Shown: positions 42,865 to 58,100 of the stretch, one piece after another | Layout of the letters: the number at the start of each line of letters is the position of its first letter | How positions within the stretch are numbered: the stretch's first letter is position 1 | Translations under genes and position numbers: made by a program | Assembly: GCA_964016885.1 (NCBI GenBank) | Contig: OZ024741.1 | Location: 341,496,001 to 341,560,000, forward strand | DNA: 64,000 nucleotides | From: Eledone cirrhosa | Taxonomy: Eukaryota | Reading direction: 5' to 3' | Notes under the pieces: generated by a model | The model's database searches: none | Seen by the model: only the letters and a program-made list of their open reading frames with translations | What the model was told of the DNA's origin: nothing

Positions 42865-45523
42865 TCATCATCATTATCATCGTTTAACGTCCATTTTCCA
42901 CGCTAGCATGGGTCTGGACGGGAATTGTCCCACTTGAGGCAAGATTGGTTGTCTTGCTCAGGACTGTCTGGTGGGTTTTCTACGGCTGGATGCCCTTCCT
43001 AACACCAACCACGTTTACAGTGTGGACTGGGAGGTTTTTACCGTGTTACCTAGACGGCCACATTACAGCATGGACTGTGTGTTTTATTGTCGTGACACCT
43101 ACACGTCTGGCAGGTTTTCTACGGCTGGGTGCCCTTCCCAACTTGTGTACTGGGAGGTTTTTACCGTGTTACCTACACGGCCACATTACAGCATGGACTG
43201 TGTGTTTTTTTGTCGTGACACCTACACAACCTCATTTGTTTCGGACTGGTACTAACATAACTTCACATTTAAGGGGGTGGTGTGGATGGGGTGGGGGTGT
43301 ATTTTGTTAGAGGTGCCTACTGACTGTAGGTTTCGCTTTGTACTTAGGCAAGGCGGGTCTTCTGTATAACTGTGTAGCGCCAAAGATCTCGGTCCAGTGA
43401 CATTGTCTTGGAGAGGTGTAAGTGTGTGAGGTCGGAATTTATCAAGTCGTCCCAGGTTTTTCTGGGTCTGCCTACTCCGTGGCTACCGTCTATTTTTGTC
43501 GCCCTGCACTTTTTTATACAGCTGTCGTCTTTCATGCGCATCACGTGACCGTACTAGCGTAGTCTTCTCTCGAGTAAACAACATCTGATCCCTCTTATTC
43601 CTAATTTCTCCCTTAGTTCGTTTATGCTTTGCCGTTCACGTATATTACTATTACATATAGAGTATGCAAGCTTCGTTTCTCTCCAGTCTGCGTATATCCT
43701 CTGCACACAATGTCCAGGTCTCACTGCCATGTAACATTGCTGTTCGTATGCAGGCATCATACAACCTGCCTTTCATTTTTAGAGAGAACCCTTTAGCGGC
43801 AATAGTGGTATAAGCTCTCTGAACTTTTTCCATCCAGTTCTGACTCTAGCTACTGTACTTTCAGTGCACCTCCCCCACTGCTGATTTTGTCACCCAGGTA
43901 ACGGAAGCTGTCCACTATTTCTATAGAACCATCTGTGCAATGGAATGAGCTAGTATTCTGTGGGCACTTGCTGCTACTTATTGCACCAGAGCACCAGCCA
44001 CATATAAAATCTATATTCTTAGTTAGCTTACCTGTGATCCCACTACATCTTTTATGCACCCATACTTTGTATTTGGGACATAAAATGGAGTTTCTGCCTA
44101 CTCCTTTCCTACACACTGAGCATGGCCATTTCCCAGATGGGACCGATGCCCTATTTTCCTTCCTACAAACTAGAACTTTAGTCTTAGACAAGTTAACTTT
44201 AAGGCCTTTTGATTCTAGGCCATGCTTCCATGTTTGGAATTTCTTCTCTAGTTCTGCCATTGATTCAGCTATGAGCGTTAGATCATCTGCATATAGGAGT
44301 TCCCATGGGCAGCCGGTCTTGAACTCCTCTGTTATAGCCTGAAGGGCAATAATAAATAGTATGGGGCTAAGGACGGAGCCCTGATGAACACCAACTTTTA
44401 CGCTAAACTCTTCACTATATTCGTTGTTAATTCTAACCTTTATACATGGCTTGTATAGCTCTCACAAGCCATTCATCAACACCTAGTTTTCTAAGGACCC
44501 ACCAGATAATCGAGCGGGATACTCTGTCAAAGGCTTTCTCCAAGTCAACAAAGGCTAAGTATAGGGGTTTACTTTTAGCTAGGTACTTCTCCTGTAGTTG
44601 TCGTACAATGAAGAGAGCGTCTGTTGTACTTTTACCTGACACAAACCTGAACTGCATTTCGTCTAGATCAATTCGCTCTCTGATTAGTTGGGCTATTACT
44701 TTTTCTGTGACCTTCACGACCTGGTCAATTAATTTAATGCCTCTATAGTTTCCCCTATCTAGGGCATCACCTTTACCCTTGTAGCATTTAATGATGATGC
44801 TGCTGCGCCAGTCCTTCGGAACGACCCCTTTCTGTATGACTTGGTTTACTATCCGAGTGACCATAGTCTGTCCCACCGTTCCAGATGTTTCAGCATTTCA
44901 GCAACTATTTCCGAAGGCCCGGCTGCCTTGCCCGTCTTCATGTCTTTGATTGCCTTACTTATTATACTACCTTCAACTTGCACTGCTGGTCCCTCTATTG
45001 GGTCGGTGTGGGGGAGACTGTCTTTCTCCCAATTATTCTCCTCATTTAGTAGCCTTTCGTAGTGACACGTCCAAGCTACCTTCTTATCAGCGTCAGTGAT
45101 GGCAAGTACGCCATCATCATTAAGGACACACTTCTCCCCAACAATATCACTGTTTTCCTTGACACATTGCCTAGCAATCCTGAACACCTCACGTTTTTGG
45201 TCCTCGCGTTTTAGAACATGCTTGAACTTTCTTTCCTCTGCTTCCCTTCTTGCGAAGTACACTTGTCTCCTAGCTTCCCCCCTGGCCACTTGATAGTCTT
45301 CTCTACTCCCCCCATCCCGCCATGCTTTCCAAGCCTGCTTTTTGGCCTTGATTGACCCCTCCACCTTACTGTTCCACCACCAAGTTACTCTCCTCCTGCC
45401 TATAGGCCTGCTCCAGCCACAGGTTTCATCTGTTGCCTTCAGCAGGTTAGCTTTCAGGAATTCCCACTGTTCCTCTATATTGTACGACTCTAATTGCTCT
45501 TCCATACTATCAAAAGCATCAAG

Positions 45524-45525
<2 letters not shown>
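42865..45525 (-). mobile_element. 5'-truncated RTE-A copy, frameshifted
   Basis: ORFs 44849-45505, 44433-44876, 43850-44260 and 43344-43544 match RTE-A; duplicated block in the 3' UTR. Confidence 0.93.
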
Positions 45526-45572
<47 letters not shown>

Positions 45573-46176
45573 TACATACATATACACAGACATATATATA
45601 TATATGTTTACATACCTATACACAGACATATGCATATATATATATTACATATATATATGTATATAGTGGGTCTGTATATATGACCATCCTTATCATTTCA
45701 TATCCATATTTCCCTGCTTGCATGGGTTAGATGGGTTGTCACCTTAAAAACAACTTAGTCCAGATAACCACGCCATGCTCATATGGATCTGTATTTTGGC
45801 TTGGGTTCTCTTTCTAACACCAACCACATTATAGTGTGTATTGTTATACTCAAGTCACTTGCATGATCACCTTACAGAGTGGAGTGGGTGCTTTTTCTAT
45901 GTATCATCATATATGTGTGTGCGTGTGTGTGTGAAAGAGTCAGGGCCTCGACGGCTAAGCTCTTGCTGTTTCAACAGTTGGTTCCAGACTGTAATTAACT
46001 GTTGAAACGGCAAGAGCTCAGCTGTTGGGGTCCTTACTCTTTCATATAACCATACTCTATTACCCCAAGTATAATGTACTCTGGTGAGTAATGGTCTAAC
46101 CACTTGCTTACTGTATCCATCTTGATTTACGGTATGTGTGTGTATATATGTATATGTGTGTGTATATATATATATA

Positions 46177-46930
46177 ATCTTCCGTATTCCCAATCTTTTC
46201 TCCCAAATACAGGAAGTCCTCAACCAATTCTAGCGGCTTCCCGCCTACATTAGTGATCCCCTCTGGCTTCTCAACATTCTCTACCAGATATTTTGTTTTA
46301 GTCTCATTCATTCTCAGCCCCACACTCATCGACACAGTCTCAACCTCCTGCATCAAATCCTCTACCTCCTTCACTGTATTTGTCACCAAAACTATGACGT
46401 CAGCAAATTCAGCATCTGATATCTTTTTCGCCTTAACTCTCCTGCTTGAGATCGGTGTGGAAGTCAGACCTTCGTAAAGACCTGAAGATCCGCCTCTTCA
46501 TTGCTGTAGTGGAGTCTATGCTGCTGTACGGGTCTGAGACTTGGACACTGACCAAGAAACTCACTCAGATGGTGGATGGGTGCTACACGAGAATGCTGAG
46601 GATGGCTCTGAACATTAATCACTATACATTGAGGATGAAAAACTCAGAGTTGTATGGGAGCCTCCCAAAAGTCAGCTCAAAAGTGACACAGAGGAGACTG
46701 AGGTTAGCTGGACATACTCACCGACATTCAGAGTTGACATTGCACTCAGTGCTCCTGTGGAGGCCCCTACATGGACACACTGGAAGAGGAAGACCAAGGT
46801 TAACATATGTTGATGCTCTAAGGACAGACACTGGTCTTTTGGAGAAGCAGGACATGGCAGTGATAATGAGGGACAGAGACCGCTGGAGAGAACTCGTCCA
46901 TGGATCTCAGGAATTTTACCCGCCCTAGTG
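46177..46930. mobile_element. RTE-family insertion with inverted 5' segment (no PHD insert)
   Basis: Minus 46177-46447: EFADVIVL...GLRMNETKTK...FLYLG...GNTED. Plus 46448-46928: RSVWKS...LLYGSETW...RRLRLAGH. Confidence 0.85.
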
Positions 46931-46939
46931 TATGTATAT

Positions 46940-47383
<444 letters not shown>

Positions 47384-48082
47384 AAAAGAAATTAAAAATG
47401 CAACTGATACGAGACAAACCCTCCATCTCAATTCTACTTTTGGAAAGCATAAGAACTGTGAAACCAGTAAAGGAAATAAATAAATATTCTTAAAAAGACT
47501 CCAGTTGCATTTTTGATTTCTTCTCCTTATACTTTCACCTGTCATTACAACAGCAGAGGTCTGACGTGCTTTTGGTTGCAGAGTCGGGCCAGATCGATAC
47601 AGATCGAATGTTGAACTGATCAATAGCGAGACGTGCGTGATCAATCAATAAACACAATGAAGGCTTAATAAACCGTCCTAGTATTATCATATGTTAACTT
47701 TGCTTTTCATCCTTACAGGATCGATAAAATAAAGTACCAGTAATGTACTGAGATAATTGTGCCAAAAGTAGAAACAATTATTATTATATATATAAATCAA
47801 GATATAAATGTATAAATATATATATAAAAATACATACATATGCATACATAATATTATTAATGATGATGATGACAATAATTGAGGTGGTGGTGTTGGTGGT
47901 GGCGGTATGAAAATAATATGGCAAAAATGATGATTAGAAGAAATATTCCAATAATATATTGATAATAACTAATTAATTAAATAAAACCTAAAGTGTAAAC
48001 ACTAAACAATATTAACAAAATACAAGAAACCAAAGTGAATATTGGACAAGTGTAGAATATATATAGTAGGGGGGGGGGACTA

Positions 48083-48740
48083 TATTGTTGTTGTGGTGGT
48101 GGTGGTGGTTGTTAGTATTGTTGTTGTGGTGGTGGTGGTTGTTAGTATTGTTGTTGTGGTGGTGGTGGTGGTTGTTAGTATTGTTGTTGTGGTGGTGGTG
48201 GTGGTGGTTAGTATTGTGGTGGTGGCAGTGGTGGTTTTTAGTATTGTTGTGGTGGTGGTGGTGGTTAGTATTGTTGTTGTGGTGGTGGTGGTGGTGGTAG
48301 TTGTTAGTATTGTAGTGGTGGTGGTAGTTGTTAGTATTGTGGTGGTGGTGGTGGTTAGTATTGTTGTTGAGGTGGTGGTTGTTAGTATTGTGGTGGTGGT
48401 GGTGGTAGTTGTTAGTATTGTGGTGGTGGTGGTGGTTAGTATTGTTGTTGTGGTGGTGGTTGTTAGTATTGTTGTTGTTGTTGTTGTTGTTGATATTAGG
48501 ATTGTTGTTGAGGTTGTTATTGTTGTTGTTGCAGTTGTAGTTATTATTATTGTTGTTGCTGTTGTGGTGGTGGTAGTGGTAATGGTCGTGGTAGTGGCAG
48601 TGGTTGTGGTGGTGGTAGTGGTAGTCATGGTGGTTGTTGTTATGATTGTTGTTATTGTTGTTGTTGTGATGGTGATGGTGATAGTTGTTGTTATAACTGT
48701 TGTTGTTACTACTGTTATGATTATTGCTGCTGTTGTTGAT
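48083..48740. repeat. (GTG/GTT)n-AGTATT minisatellite
   Basis: Repeating GTTAGTATTGTTGTTGTGGTGGTG units. Confidence 0.95.
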
Positions 48741-49566
48741 AATAAAAGAAGTTGATTTCCTTAGAAGTCAAGAAGAGAGAAAGACAAGAAGAGAGAAAGA
48801 CAAGAAGAGAGAAAGACAAGAAGAGAGAAAAGAAAGAAAGAAATGTACCAACAAAATCTTAAATCAAACCTTTTCATTTGAAAATTTCAAAGCCACTAGA
48901 GATGAAAATATTAAAATAGAAAAAAAGTAGATAGAAAATAAACATAATAAATACTTATTGAAAAGAATTATTTCACTGAATATTGGATAGAAATGTTTAA
49001 AGACACAGGCATACATATATGAATTATATAGCTTCTACACATATACATATGCATATATATAATATATATAATATATAACCTATATGTATGTATGTAAATC
49101 TACAAATGTGTATGTAATATATATATATAGAGAGAGAGAGAGATAGATAGATAGATAGATAGATAGATATATTTCTTTATTAGCCACAGGGGCACAAAAG
49201 AAGGGGACAAATACAAAGGGGGAAGTTTACATACAATAAAAACGTGTAAAATGTTATCACAGATGGAATTTAAAAGTTAGTCGATTTTCCCCAATAGAGG
49301 GAGACAGTTTAGATATATATAGATATAAATACATATATATATATAGAGAGAGAGAGATACATATATATATATAGAAATACATAGATATATATATAGATAC
49401 ATATATATATATATATATGTGTGTGTGTAGATACATATATATATAGATAGATAGATAGATACATATATACAGATATAGATGGATAGATACATATATATAT
49501 ATATATATATAGCTAGATACATATATATATAGAGAGAGATACATATATATAGCTACATATATATAG

Positions 49567-49609
<43 letters not shown>

Positions 49610-49904
49610 TATATATAGAGAGAGATACATATATATATAGATACATATATATAGAGAGAGATACATATATATATAGATACATATATATATATACATATAT
49701 ACATATATGTATATATATACATACATGTATATATATATACATATATGTATAAATATATACATATATATAATTTTAAAAAAATAATAATATATATATATAT
49801 TTACTATTGTATTGGTTCAATATATATATATATTTATATACGTATATGTACATAAATAAAATAAATATATATACTAGATACATAAAAATATATTTATATT
49901 TGTA

Positions 49905-49958
<54 letters not shown>

Positions 49959-50888
49959 CATACATATTTATAAATATATATACATATTTATAAATATATA
50001 TACGAATTTATAAATATATATACCCACACAAACAAGTGTATATGTTTCTGTGTAATATCTATGTCAAAGAACTGAATATTCTTTGTAGAAAATGGCAAAC
50101 TTCTTTGTAGCGAGGAGTCTGCGGAAGTGTGAGTTTGGTACTGATAATAAAAGAGGTTTGTTGCTATTTGTTTCACATTTTGTACCAAAATTCCTTTTTT
50201 TCTTAACTTTTTTTGCAATATTTTCTTGAAAAACCTACTCTCTTCCTTTTGAAATTCTTTAAGACATAATATTAAACAAAAAATATATTTGTATACATAT
50301 GTACACAGGCATACATCCCCACCATACATGTATATATACTACATACATATTCATATATATATATTCATATATATATATACATATATATATATGGATATCT
50401 GTATATATATATGTGTGTGTGAGTCCTAGGTTCAATCAGGGGTAATTACAGTAAGTAAGGTACTGAATACATTAGTAGAGTGTAAACATCAAACTTAATA
50501 TAGAAATGGCTTCTATAGAACTAGAACTGTTTCATTCAAAGGAAATCATCAGGACTTTCCCAATGATTTCCTTCTAGTCCTGTAGAAGCCATTTCTATAT
50601 TAAAATTTGATTTTTATTCGTATATGTGTGTGTGGTAACTATTTCCGTAGAAAAGGTACATAAAAAAAGATTGCTCTATGTATTGTACAGAACTACTTAA
50701 TTGCTTAATAAACAACACAAGATAATTATTTCATTACCGAAGGTTTCAAGAAACATCCAGTTCATTCGTCAGACAAAATAATTATTTTGGATGTTTCTTG
50801 CAAGAATCATCTAGTTTCTTGAAACCTTCAGTAATGAAATAATTATATTGTTTGTTTATTAGGTAAAAAATATATATATATATATATA

Positions 50889-52081
50889 TCTTTATATATA
50901 TAAAAGCGAGGATGTGTGTGTGTCTGTGTACAACTTTGCATGCTTAAGGCTTTCACAATTACCAACTGAATTTGACCAAATTTTCTGTGCACGTTGCACA
51001 GGTCGCTAAGAGTGTCACATCACAAACATTTTTCAAATCGACCCACGTTGAGCAATAAAAAATCGATATCAAAATTATCGATAGAAAAATTGATGTAAGG
51101 GAGATAACAAACTTTATTGACAATCCTTATAAAAAGGGAGATAACCAACTTTTCAGAAATTGGTTTACCTCCTAATACATTGGTTCTGAAAGAGGGACCA
51201 CCAGTTATTTTGCTGAGAAATATCACTCCTCCAAAACTATGCAATGGTACACGCCTTGTGGTTAAAAAACTGTCTCCACTTATTATTGAAGCTACCATTC
51301 TATCCGGATGTGGAAAAGGCGATGATGTGATAATAACAAAAATTAGCCTGACTACATCAGGCGTGGATACTCCCTTCTCCTTTCGCCGAACCCAATTTCC
51401 CCTTCGTGTTGCCTTTGTGATGTCCATAAACAAGTCGCAAGGTCAAACTCTGTCCGTCACTGGAATCCACTTGGATGAACCTTGCTTTTCGCACGGACAA
51501 TTCTACGTTCCCTGCTCACGAGTTGGCAGTCGAGATAATCTCTTTGCGTTTGTTCCGAAAAGAAAAACAAAGAATATCGTCTATCCTGAAGTGCTTTAGT
51601 GTTAACAAAACAACTTATTACAGCTCTGCCTTGACTTCACCTTACTCATTACAAAACATACCAATGAATATGTCATGCAGGATATTTTGGATTATAAGTT
51701 AAAAATTTAACAAGACACAGCAAAGGATGCTCTCAAAGAATAGATTTTCTCTTATTCTACTCTCATTGTTTTTTTGTTTGTATACAACTCTGCTTTCATT
51801 ACAACTTTTTGTACTTTAGCAAAACTGCCTGTTTTTTTTTACAGATTTGCAACGAGTATTGTCTTTAATCATTTGTATAACTACATCCTGTTCAGTGTTT
51901 TCCTTCATTATCAGCATAGTTTTATGTGTACAAAGATTGCACTAAATATTCGTTTGCATTAATTATTGAAGACTTCTGCTTATTTTGACAGGTTGGGACA
52001 AATAATGTTTTTCTTTTACTTCCTAGCTGTATATTCTTAGCATAATTTCAAACCCCGAGCAACGCCGGGGACATCTGCTAG
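50889..52081 (+). mobile_element. Non-autonomous Helitron carrying a PIF1-helicase C-terminal fragment
   Basis: 5' A|TC, 3' GC hairpin CCCCG agcaacgc CGGGG then CTAG|T. 51160-51599 encodes GLPP..LVLKEG.PVILLRN...LCNGTRL...QFPLRVAF.MSINKSQGQT...FSHGQ.YV..SRV...TKNIVYPEVL. Confidence 0.9.
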
Positions 52082-53184
52082 TATATATATAAATATGGGA
52101 CAACAAGTTATCGTTATAGGTATTCCAGTTATTTTTACTGTGTTGGTACCCTGATAAAATATATATATATACATATATATGCAGATATATGTATGCATAT
52201 CATCATCATCATCATCATCTCCATTTAACGTCCATTTTTCCATGCTAACATGGGTTAGACAAGTTGTCCCATTGTGAGACAAGTCAGATTAGGTGACTGT
52301 GCCTTGCTCATATAAACTGCTTCTTGCTTGGTTTCTACAGCTGGATGCCCTTCCTAATGCCAACCACAGAGTGGTCTGGATGCTATTTATCATGGCACCA
52401 AAATGACCAACTGACAAGTTGGACTGGGTACGATATCATTATGTCATATAAATATATGAATGTGTGTGTGTATATATATATATATAGTAATAATAAATGT
52501 GAAGATTAAAATCCGAAGAGGGCTCGATAAGTATTATATGTATATAAGTATATATAAAAACCCATACAGCAAATATTTACTAAAATAACAGTTTAAAATT
52601 TAAGCAAAGAATTGCTGCTTTCACCCTTTCAGAAGATCCCATTTAGGGTGAAAGCAGTGATTCTTTGCTTAAACTTTAATCTGCTATTTTAGTAATCATC
52701 ATCGTTTCATCGTTTAACGTCCGTGTTCCATGCTTGCATGGGTTTGGGTAAATATATATATATTTGTAGTAAATATATATATATTTGTGTGTGTGTGGGT
52801 ATGTGTGTGTGTGTGTGTAAATATATTTCATAAAGTTAAACAAAATCATATTTACCTATAGTTAGAAATATTTGATACAGTATAGTTTTTATAACTTTAT
52901 ATTAAAAGATTTAAAATACAAGGTAATAAAAACAAATATCATATGGTCCCCCCAAAAAACATCAAAACAAGGGGGCATATTGTTGTTTTTTATTTTTACT
53001 GTGTTGGTACCCTGATAAAATGTACAAAGATAAAAGAACTTTACTGTTGTGTCAAAAACACAAAATATCTCCCTAGTGTTGATGCCATGATAAAACGTAC
53101 CCAACATACTCTGTAAGTGGTTGGCATTATGAAGGGCATTCATCCATAGAAACCATGTCAAAAAAATATGTTGCTTTTTATGAT

Positions 53185-53685
53185 AGAAACCTCCTATGAG
53201 ATACAACCTCATAAGAGGCCGGCTAAACCTACATAGATGTGTGAGATGTAAAAACAACATGATAGAGACTAGGGCCTCTATCATTAAAACACCAGAGAAA
53301 CCTCCTATAAGATAAAGCCACATAGATGGCCAGCTAAACCTACATAGATGTGAACTGTAATAACCACAACATGATGGGACAGGGGGCTCCTATCATTAAA
53401 ACACCAGAGAAACCTCCTATAAGATAAAGCCACATAGATGGCCAGCTAAACCTACATAGATGTGAACTGCAATACAACAACATGACAACCCTTGACATTA
53501 AAAAACCTAATGGATCTTCTATACAATAAAACCATGTAGAAGGCCAGCTAAACCTTCATAGTTATGAACTGTAACAACAACAACATGATAGGACTGAGGG
53601 ACCCTAACATTAAAACACCAGAGAAACCTCCTATAAGTTACAACCATGTTTGATGCTAACTAAATCTGTATAAATATAAACTGTA
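53185..53685. repeat. About 118-bp tandem repeat, about 4 copies
   Basis: AGAAACCTCCTATAAGATA...GGCCAGCTAAACCTACATAGATGTGAACTG...CATTAAAACACCAG recurs near 53185, 53296, 53408, 53510 and 53622. Confidence 0.85.
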
Positions 53686-53924
53686 AATTTCATGTTTCAT
53701 GCTTCAAAACAATTTGATCTAACAGAAAATGATTGTATCCATGCAAGAAAGGAATAAGTAATGTAAAGAGAAATGGAAGACAAACCTTGTTGTGGTTGAC
53801 ATTCGATGTAAAATAATAATAGATGAGAGCATTTTCTGTAAAGTTAATTCTTCTAAATGTTCCTCCATAATCTTTGGATCTGAAAGAGAAAAAAACAGCC
53901 ATAGTGAAGTTAATGATCACATTC

Positions 53925-54337
53925 TACACCACTACCACACTACACCACTACCACACAACACCACTACACCACACTACACCACTACCACACCACTACCACA
54001 CAACACCACTACCACACTACTCCACTACCACACCACTACCACACTACACCACTACCACACTACATCACTACACAACTACACCACTAGCACACTGCTACCA
54101 CACAACACCACTACCACACTACTACACCACACCACAACACCACTACCACACTACACCACTACCACACTACTACACCACACCACTACACCACTACCACATT
54201 ACACCACTACCACACTATTACACCATACCACTACACCACTACCACACTACTACACCACTCCCACATTACACCACTACCACACTACTACACCACTACAACA
54301 CTACTACACCACATCACTACCACACTACACCACTACC
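53925..54337. repeat. CACTAC/CACAC low-complexity repeat
   Basis: Degenerate ACCACTACCACACTAC units. Confidence 0.95.
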
Positions 54338-54499
54338 AGTTGAGCCAACAGTAGGACAGGAAACAAAGATGGAGGTGACAGCATTGTATTCTTTCATTCA
54401 CCAATGACCATTCAGGGAAGGATAGAACAACAATAGCAGCGTCCCATCATCGCCTGAACCCATGGGCTGGAACAAGTGTTTATATATCAATATATCACC

Positions 54500-55114
54500 C
54501 TCCCAACACCCACCTTCCTTTCCCCTTCACCTACCACCCGATCACCCTACCTCTCCAGTGACATATTCTCATTTGATTTCACCCCCTCACTTCTGACCCC
54601 CCCCCCCTCCGGTCACTCTCCCTTCTTTTCACCCCCCCCCCTCCATCACCACCTTTAAGCTGGTCCATATTCTCTGCAACCTCCTAGTACACATTTCCTT
54701 CCCTTCCTGTCCTAGGATTTCACTCAGCTCCCTTGCCTGTTCTCATCCCCACTGTAACAGCTGTCCCTTCATTTCTAACCTCACCACTCTCACAGGCACT
54801 AATGGTTCAATCCAGTAGCCACTACTCCTTCACCTGCACATCCACCTACATAGTCTATGCCCTTTGGTGTTCCCTTTTTGGGACCATATACATCAGAACA
54901 CCAGGCCACAGAACACTTGAGAGACATACAATTTGGCAAGGACACTCCCATTGCTTGTCACTTCCATTCCCCAGGCCAGTCCACTCTACATGTCCCATTC
55001 CTTGGTGTCCTTTTACATCATAAATCCTTGTGCATCAGGACTAAGCAAAGTCTGATTTTCAACCTTGGGTCCAGTTTCCCTAATGGACTCAACTCCCCTC
55101 CCCAATTTCTTTAA
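54500..55114 (+). mobile_element. Neptune-like PLE GIY-YIG remnant; its 3' UTR resumes at about 59201-59720
   Basis: FTCTSTYIVY..CS...IYI...EHLRDI...PIACHF...GLNSPPQFL*. 59521-59570 matches 41471-41520 of the sister copy. Confidence 0.75.
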
Positions 55115-55183
55115 CCCTTTAGCATTCACATTACTCTATATATACTATTATATTTTCATGGTAAATGCTTTATCTCACATAAT

Positions 55184-58100
55184 TTAAAAGAAATCTTGAT
55201 TGTGTTAATAGAAAATGCAACCGAACATTACTAATATATTCATTAAAGATGAAAGAAGGGTATTTAACAAATGTATTGGTACGCGATGGGGCCCACCCAC
55301 AGCCCCGGCAGACAGAATGGGGAAGGCGTTTCCCTGGAGGATGGCAAGGGAGACGCGCTGGAAAAGCAACTCCAACTCGCGGGGTTCAGACCTGCGGCTG
55401 GCCAGCTCAGCGCCTATGCTGGTGAGTAAGGAGGTAGCCCTGGGGCCAATGACACCAGAAGTCTCCACTGCCAGGGGAACAACCACAAACCTGTCGGAGA
55501 GCAACTGGTATTTGAGGAGTTTGACCCCCTCAGCCCGACGTGCAGCAGAACCTGGGTCAGTCGCAGACTGCACCAGGTTGCGGCTGCAGAAAGTGTCGGT
55601 GCAAGTGGCATCCCAGATGAGGGGTTTGCCACCAGGGAACGACGGGAAGATGGTCATGCCATCTGGCCTTTTGCCGTCCCCTCGATCCAGCCCCACCGGT
55701 TCGAGCTGGGAAGGGAAGCCTGCAGCGTCCAAGCCATGCTTAATGACTTCGTTGAGGGCAGCATGGCGTGGAATGTGGCCGGCACTGTGGCGACAGGAAA
55801 GTGGGTGGAGGCCGAAAGGGTCCACGGTGGAACCGGAGCGACATTGGTATGGCTGGCAGATCCGGAGGCCGAGCCTCAGGGAAACACTGATTCGCAGGCT
55901 ATGGTTGTCTAGCTGCGTACCAGTGGAGAAGTAGGGCAGAGCATGGAGCCAGGCCGCATGAAAACAAGCAAGGCGGTGCTGGTCGAACTTGCGCGTGAGC
56001 CTGTCTGAGGCCAGGCTACACTGGATGGCATCCCAAGTGCGTTGGGAGGACTTGACGTCAACGGGGGAGAAGGAGGAGGGACGTCTACTGGGCTAAGTCC
56101 CAGCCGCTCCCACGTCTCACAGGCGGCCGCACGTTCTCTGAACACAGAGGGTTCTGTTGTGTTTTGAAGAACCCTGCTGACGAGGACGCAGCACAAGGTT
56201 ACCGACGAAAAATACGTCGGCAAAGCTAGTGAGATCAGGGACCAGAGGCCTAGTCCGCCATACCTGACCAGTAAAGTGGCCTGTTGCCACCCTATGTCGT
56301 CAAACTTGACATTGCATATCCCCTCGACTACTGCTCGGATACAAGTATCGAGGTCAGCGAGGAGAGATGTCTGGGTGTAGCATGCAGCGCTGCAGTGTGT
56401 ATAGAGGAGCTTCGGCATGGCGAAGCAGTTCCTCAGCAGAAAGAGAGCTGGGTGGCCGTCAATCAAGCACAGTCGGCTCGTGAGAGTCTGGAGCTGTTGA
56501 AGCCTGGACCTGATGGTGGAGCGGCTGGATCGGTGACCCGAGGATGAGGACATCCTCTTTGGGGGTCACCTGAACCTGGTGGAGAATGGACCGCATGTCC
56601 AAGACGGAGGCTGCAAAGCTCGCAGCATCGAGGCTGACGTTCACCACCTCCAACTTGGCCGAGTTGACCTGGAGGCCGATTCACACCAGAGCAGGAATCA
56701 CCAATTGAAGGTCTTGGCAGACCGTCCGTACGGGCCCACCCAACATAGCATCATCCAGATACCAAACGTTGAGAGGGGCCGTGATACTCCGGGTCAATGT
56801 GGTCAATACCAAGGGCGAACAGGAGGGGTCCCAAAGGGTCGCCCTGTTGGATCCCAGTAGCCAAGGGTATGACCGTATCAGCAGCTAGGAGCATGCTCGG
56901 GGCTCCATATGACAGGTAGGCCAGCGGGTAGGCAGAGGGGGCTCGGCTGAAGCAGGCCTCGAGCAGATGATCCCGGTGTAATGAGTTAAAGGCATTCCTC
57001 ATGTCAAGCTTGACAATGAGGTGCCTGGAGTCCCTGGATGCCAGTACCGATGGGCAGCTGCTGAAGAACTGACTGATTGCATGAGAGGTTCCCTCACAGC
57101 CACCGGACACGCGGACACCCAGTTGCACCGGACTAAACTCCTCACCCAGTTCGTGTGTGACGGACTTGCAGATCACCTTGGCAGCCAGCCTCTGGAAGAC
57201 ATTGCCCACAGCAATGGGGCGTATGCCACCCTCTTTCTTCCTGAGAGCGGTGAGGCTGGCCGAAAAAAAGAGGCCTCGGGCGTAAGGGTCGAGGGCACCA
57301 TGAATGAGCCTATTGGTGAGCGCCACAATTGCACTCAGAGGGCAGCGCCCAGCCTCAGCGGAGAGGGGGGATGTCAACTCCTTGAGGTGGCCTGGTCGGA
57401 GACCATCAACACCTCCGCAGCTGCTAGCTGGGAAGGACCTGATGGCGGACATGATATCTGCATCAGTAGCCACAAGGAGCAGGTGGGGGTCGGGTGTGGG
57501 TCTGAGATCACTGGGTGGCTCAGGGTATTTGAGCCGCAGAGCAGCCAGGATCTCCTCGGTGGGTTGGAGGATAGTGTCCTCTGAGGCAACAACGCTGACT
57601 GCGGCCGAGACATCACCCATGATAAGCTTTGCGTTTACCTGGTCACGAAAATGCTTGGCGCTGGCCTTGGGGGTGGAGGATAGGGGGTACCTGAGGGTGC
57701 GGTGTGTGGCGTCCCTCGGCACGCTTGGAATGGGCGCTCGCCCAAATGACGAGACATTGGCCTTGACGAAGGCTGCTGTTGACTGGCCACCCCGATCAGC
57801 GCCAGAGCTGGGGAGGCCGAGGGCGAGTGGGGCGAATTAGAACAGCCACTCCCAGTCACTGGCTCGATTGGAGTCCAGGGTGCTCTCAATCGAGGAAGCG
57901 AGGGCATCGGCTACCGGCACCCATGCCGCTCTTGGGATCCTGAGTGGGATCATCCGGAGCCGCCTGAGCCGAGGGATGTTGACCAGTGAGGCTCGGGCAG
58001 CAGGCAAGCTCGCTGTCCCATCTGGTGGTGTGCCAGACGGCCGTGGCTGGGAAGACGTGGGGAAGAGGAAGCTCCTGCACCTCCACGCTGTGAGGGCATT

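Noticed and set aside
51117-51599. Host PIF1 helicase gene
   Set aside because: Only the C-terminal part, intronless, and enclosed by Helitron termini.
53185-53685. Tandem array as CRISPR or retrozyme
   Set aside because: The whole unit repeats with no unique spacers, no cas genes, and no hammerhead core on either strand.
55215-57840. Long plus-strand ORFs
   Set aside because: Antisense shadows of the GC-rich CRE ORF.
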